DNA of 63,239 bases, counting the filler, from Pseudobdellovibrionaceae bacterium (lineage in GTDB: Bacteria > Bdellovibrionota > Bdellovibrionia > Bdellovibrionales > UBA1609), in the NCBI GenBank assembly GCA_030591685.1. It is 4 parts of 4 records of this genome, joined end to end, with 100 filler letters (N's around TTAATTAATTAA, not from the genome) between each part and the next. Parts side by side here need not be neighbours in the genome. Positions count along the whole stretch, not along the records: positions 58,386 to 63,239 come from JAUVAX010000081.1; 3 more parts are not named here. One strand, written 5' to 3'. A program made the translations under genes and the position numbers. Below are positions 59,530 to 63,239 of the stretch, in pieces. How positions within the stretch are numbered: the first letter of the stretch is position 1; every line of letters begins with the position of its first letter. Below the pieces are notes generated by a model that was given only the letters and a program-made list of their open reading frames with translations, was not told the DNA's origin and did no database searches.

Positions 59530-62500
59530 GTGAAAAATCGACTTTTAGTATTTACTTTAATTTGCACTCTTAATGTAGCCCCGGCCAAAGGTCAGGGGGG
59601 TGGGGCCAATGGCCAAATATCGTTTATTAATAAAGCTCTTTTAAGTGCCGGAGCTCATAAAAAAAATGAATGCTCTCCAAGTGACTGCCCAAAGGTTTTA
59701 AAGTCATGGGTCAAGGATGATCAGCACGGGCTTTTTTGGAAGGGGTATGGTTCAACCACTATATTACAACAGTGTCACCATCAGAGGCTTTCAACAGACC
59801 CTCTTACGAGCACTGAGCTTTTTGATGAGTTTCAAGCTACGGAAGCCTTAAAGGTGGCTACGCCCAACAAAAGTGTACTCTATCAGTGTCAATTAGGTCA
59901 TGAGCTGACTCAAGTGCAAAAAAAATCACTAGTGAGTAACTATATTTATGGCCTTAATAAATTAGATTCAGGCATAGAGGGTCACTTAACAGAGCTCGCG
60001 GGGATAAATAATTTACTGGGCGAAAAGTTTTCAAAAAACTCAGTGTGTAAAAACCCATCTCTAAGAAGGGCATACAGGGTCTGCAATAATTACGTTAAGG
60101 CTTGCAAAAAAAACAATCAAAAAAATTGGGGCCAGTTTTCCTCAGAAGCTAAAGTGACATTTAATAAAGTTCAAGCGACAAGAGCCCAAGTAAGATTAAT
60201 TCTAAGAAAAATACCCGCTGTTGAGAGAAAAAAATGTTTAAGAGCTGCTACTGAGAATAAACACTGTAAATCCTACTATGCTTTAAAAGATATACTAGAG
60301 AATACAATAAATAAAAACGCATGGATGAAGTCAAAAGTATTTAGTAAAAACTTAAAAAAGATAGGGTTTGAGGGCTCATTAAAAAAACAATTTAAATTTA
60401 ACAAAAGAGAACTTTTAAAATCTATAGCAAAAAAGAAAAACGCGGCTCAGTGTTTAAATGGCTTAAGCTCAAAAACAAGAAAGGCAAATCGTGAGAAAAA
60501 ATGTAATTTAAAAGACACCTTAAATGAAATAGAGACTTCACCTCAGATTACACTGACTCCCAAAAAAGGCCGTAGTTTTAAAAAACAATACTCTGCTGTG
60601 ATGCAAATTGAAAATGTGATGTGTTTAGATGAAAGGCGAAAGGATAGAAACAACACTCGCTCAATACTTGGTCACTCGGCCCTGTCGGTGGCCTCACTAG
60701 CTATCCCCGCACTTGGGGCCAGGGGTTTGTTTTTAACCCTTAAGGCGGCTCGAATTATGGTTATGCCAGTTGATGGGTTTTATGCCTCACATAGTCTAAA
60801 GGAGGCTCAAAAAAATTGCTCCCAAAAAATGGACCTTAAATCATTAACTAAAAAAAGCAGTAATAAATGCCCCTCTGTTATCGAAAATAACCCAGTGATT
60901 CAAAAGTATGATTCATGTATTCAATCGGCTCTTTTTGCGGCTCTAGATGGCCTGCCACTAATTCCCGCAGGACTATTGAAGCAACTAAATATGTCAAAGC
61001 GATTTGGTATATCTAAAGCTGAGGTTTCAAAAAACTCAAGACTTACAAGTGAGGGCCGAGTTATCAAGGCTGAGGATCTATTAAGGAAAAAACTAGGACG
61101 GTCAGAGGCTTTAAGTAAAAGCCAAAGAGAGGGCCTTATAGAGGCCCATAATGTCGGAAAGGGTGAGTTAGGTAAAAAAAGTAAGTCTGCCGAAATTTTT
61201 AATTATACGAATAAACAACTTGCCCGAAAATTAAAAATTTTACTACGCGCTGGATTTTCAAAAAAAGAAGCCGAATTACTATTAGAGTCAGGCCTTGCTG
61301 GCAAGAAAAAAATGAGTTCAAAGCAAAGAAAAAGCCTTGAGCGTAAAATAAAAAAAGAAGGTGAGAGCCCAAAAAATAATGCTACAAGTAGCGCGTCAAA
61401 TTCAGAGGCAGTAGCTGGGAGCACTGTTGTGTCCGCACGAAAAACAATTTCAGAAAAAGTAGTATCTTCGGATGAGGTGATTGATTTTATTGCTTCAGAT
61501 ACCACTGCTGATAGTCTTCAGAGTATAAAAAAATTCAACCCTAGCTTAGGTGATACGCTTGAGAACTTTTATGATGTTTGCGAGGGCGGCTGTAGCCAGT
61601 TGAGGTTTGAGACGTATAAACATGTGCTTTCGGATATAGATTTAGCAGTGACAAATAAGGACGTACACAAAATAATTTCACAGTGCTTTGGGGCAAAATC
61701 TGGGTCCACATGCCCAGACTCAGAGCTAGAATTAGTGAATACACTCTTAGACTCTAAGGTTACAAAAAAGGGCTTCGAATTCACGAGTGAAATCACCAAA
61801 GGTTGTGGTAATAGTTGCCCGAGTAAGATATTTTCAGGGCTTTCACAAATAATAAGTCGTAATGAATCTAAAATCCTGAATTCAAAACCATTCAGGAAGA
61901 GAGTTGAGCTTATAGCATCTATTTGCAGTGACGGTAAGAATGCTAGCTGCAAAGATTACTTAGATGATTTTCACAAGATCAGTGCCTTGCCAGGTGGAAA
62001 TCAAAAGCTAGGTGACTTTGTTAAAATGGCATCTAGGTGTTTAAAGTTTAATAAAGCTCCAACCAATTGTAAAAGTTATGGTTTAATTAAAAAGTTAAAA
62101 TTAGCTCACCCACAAAAAATTAAATCTTTCGACGGGAGGCCTGATTCAGCGCCAGGCAATCGAAATGAAATTAACTGGTCAAAGGAGCAGCTGGATAAGA
62201 GCTCTTCAGATTATGTTAATGAGCTGGATCGTAGAGATTTAGAGTTGCAATACAGTGATGGAGATTTATTGAATAAGTATTTTTTTGATTTAGAGCACGC
62301 GCCTGCAGCTAAAAGTAATTCGGTTAAAAAATTAAAAATATGGGAAAAACTAAGGGAAGACGAGGGCATTGCTTCGTTGCGAGAGCCTGATTATATAATT
62401 AAAGTTGGAAATGAAAAAAAGATTTATGATTACTACAACCCCAGGCTCAATAGATATAAATTTTTAAAACAGGAAATATCTGATAAAATTGTAACCGCCA

Positions 62501-62895
62501 CAATATACAAAGTTGTAGGTAAGCGACAAACAAATGGTGTTATTATAAACATTAAACCATCTCAAGATTTAGTGAGTAAGAGTGATTTAAGGTATCAGTT
62601 AATAAAAGCATCAGCTAAGCTGAGAGGGGCAACTAAAAAGAAGCAAAAATTTACGTACCCAAGAGCTCGGATTGAGAAACTCTCGAACCCTGGTAAGGAG
62701 CGTTTGGGGTATGTTAGCTCACCGGAAAGCGCAGATACAGTAACGGTTGAGGTAATGTCTGAGCTTGTTGAGGATGTTATTGTGCTTATGGGGAGAGATG
62801 GGGCGCCTATGCCGGTACGTATTTTTCCGTACTTTGATGATGAGGCCTTTGAGGCAGCCTACGACTTGTATGAGAGCCTCAAGCCCACACGGTGA
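59530..62895 (+). CDS. Large Cys-rich secreted protein with C-terminal CdiA-CT-like nuclease (tRNase-type) domain; putative polymorphic toxin/effector
   Basis: Signal peptide; Cys-rich body; C-terminal PDYII....IYDYYNP...KVVGKRQTNGVIINI...VEDVIVL pattern. Confidence 0.7.
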   Translation: MKNRLLVFTLICTLNVAPAKGQGGGANGQISFINKALLSAGAHKKNECSPSDCPKVLKSWVKDDQHGLFWKGYGSTTILQQCHHQRLSTDPLTSTELFDEFQATEALKVATPNKSVLYQCQLGHELTQVQKKSLVSNYIYGLNKLDSGIEGHLTELAGINNLLGEKFSKNSVCKNPSLRRAYRVCNNYVKACKKNNQKNWGQFSSEAKVTFNKVQATRAQVRLILRKIPAVERKKCLRAATENKHCKSYYALKDILENTINKNAWMKSKVFSKNLKKIGFEGSLKKQFKFNKRELLKSIAKKKNAAQCLNGLSSKTRKANREKKCNLKDTLNEIETSPQITLTPKKGRSFKKQYSAVMQIENVMCLDERRKDRNNTRSILGHSALSVASLAIPALGARGLFLTLKAARIMVMPVDGFYASHSLKEAQKNCSQKMDLKSLTKKSSNKCPSVIENNPVIQKYDSCIQSALFAALDGLPLIPAGLLKQLNMSKRFGISKAEVSKNSRLTSEGRVIKAEDLLRKKLGRSEALSKSQREGLIEAHNVGKGELGKKSKSAEIFNYTNKQLARKLKILLRAGFSKKEAELLLESGLAGKKKMSSKQRKSLERKIKKEGESPKNNATSSASNSEAVAGSTVVSARKTISEKVVSSDEVIDFIASDTTADSLQSIKKFNPSLGDTLENFYDVCEGGCSQLRFETYKHVLSDIDLAVTNKDVHKIISQCFGAKSGSTCPDSELELVNTLLDSKVTKKGFEFTSEITKGCGNSCPSKIFSGLSQIISRNESKILNSKPFRKRVELIASICSDGKNASCKDYLDDFHKISALPGGNQKLGDFVKMASRCLKFNKAPTNCKSYGLIKKLKLAHPQKIKSFDGRPDSAPGNRNEINWSKEQLDKSSSDYVNELDRRDLELQYSDGDLLNKYFFDLEHAPAAKSNSVKKLKIWEKLREDEGIASLREPDYIIKVGNEKKIYDYYNPRLNRYKFLKQEISDKIVTATIYKVVGKRQTNGVIINIKPSQDLVSKSDLRYQLIKASAKLRGATKKKQKFTYPRARIEKLSNPGKERLGYVSSPESADTVTVEVMSELVEDVIVLMGRDGAPMPVRIFPYFDDEAFEAAYDLYESLKPTR

Positions 62896-62918
62896 CGGAG
62901 CCCTCCTCAAGTCATTCC
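62892..62918 (+). repeat. REP-like repeat, dispersed copy
   Basis: GTGACGGAGCCCTCCTCAAGTCATTCC; 24/27 identical to reverse complement of 35207-35233; contains the TGA stop of the 59530 gene. Confidence 0.7.
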
Positions 62919-63239
62919 TATAACTTATGTGCCCTTTTCAAGGTTAAATCTCAATATTTACTTTTTTAGGCCAATTTACTGCTGAGCGAGAGAAGAAAAA
63001 ATTAGATTTTATTGATGAGAACACCTTGGAGGCTTTTTTTACTTATTTAATCTATTAACTTTATGGGTTCTCATCTCTTTAAATAAACCCCTCCATTGAT
63101 GTAACTTGAGAACACCTTTTTAAAGAATGTTAACTTGTGAAAAAATATTTACTAGGTCGTATTGGGGCTAGTGATTGTTAATAGGGCCTGGTCTAATAAA
63201 TTCTTTGCCCGACCAATCATTTGATCCTGCCACATAGGG

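Noticed and set aside
1..63239. CRISPR array, cas genes, prophage, rRNA; many 60-160 aa antisense ORFs inside long genes
   Set aside because: No regularly spaced direct repeats or hallmark genes seen; antisense ORFs are shadows of confident CDSs

Overview
AT-rich bacterial DNA from a draft or metagenome assembly. Gene content points to a Bdellovibrionota predator (inference): FQNC-type lipoprotein, GGxYPGT Ig-repeat lipoprotein, a fused che operon and many Cys-rich secreted orphans. The window is four contigs joined by artificial N44-TTAATTAATTAA-N44 spacers (28873-28972, 39383-39482, 58286-58385), so adjacency across those points means nothing. Contig 1: an ExeA/MshM fragment with pilin and PilC/MshG, a large surface lipoprotein, metabolic genes, a cheA-W-mcp-R-B-X-Y operon with two unusual fusions, prfC, psd, scpAB, a site-2 protease and a truncated FadL-like gene. 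Contig 2: icmF-mcm-meaB-ung, a REP-associated tyrosine transposase (RAYT) bracketed by GTGACGGAG repeats, and an island of secreted Cys-rich orphans. Contig 3: peptidases, lysR, ppsR, nusB, nrdR, pyrC, lipoproteins and tRNA-Met. Contig 4: partial menD, menH and an 1121-aa secreted protein. Best leads: (1) the 1121-aa protein, which ends in a CdiA-CT-like PD-(D/E)xK tRNase-type domain, has no adjacent immunity gene, has a FliA-like promoter, and whose stop codon is supplied by a copy of the RAYT-flanking repeat; (2) that repeat family itself; (3) the paired pseudoenzyme fusions in the chemotaxis operon; (4) a multi-hairpin 5'-UTR RNA at 57857-57936. All family assignments come from visual motif recognition; no database search was run.
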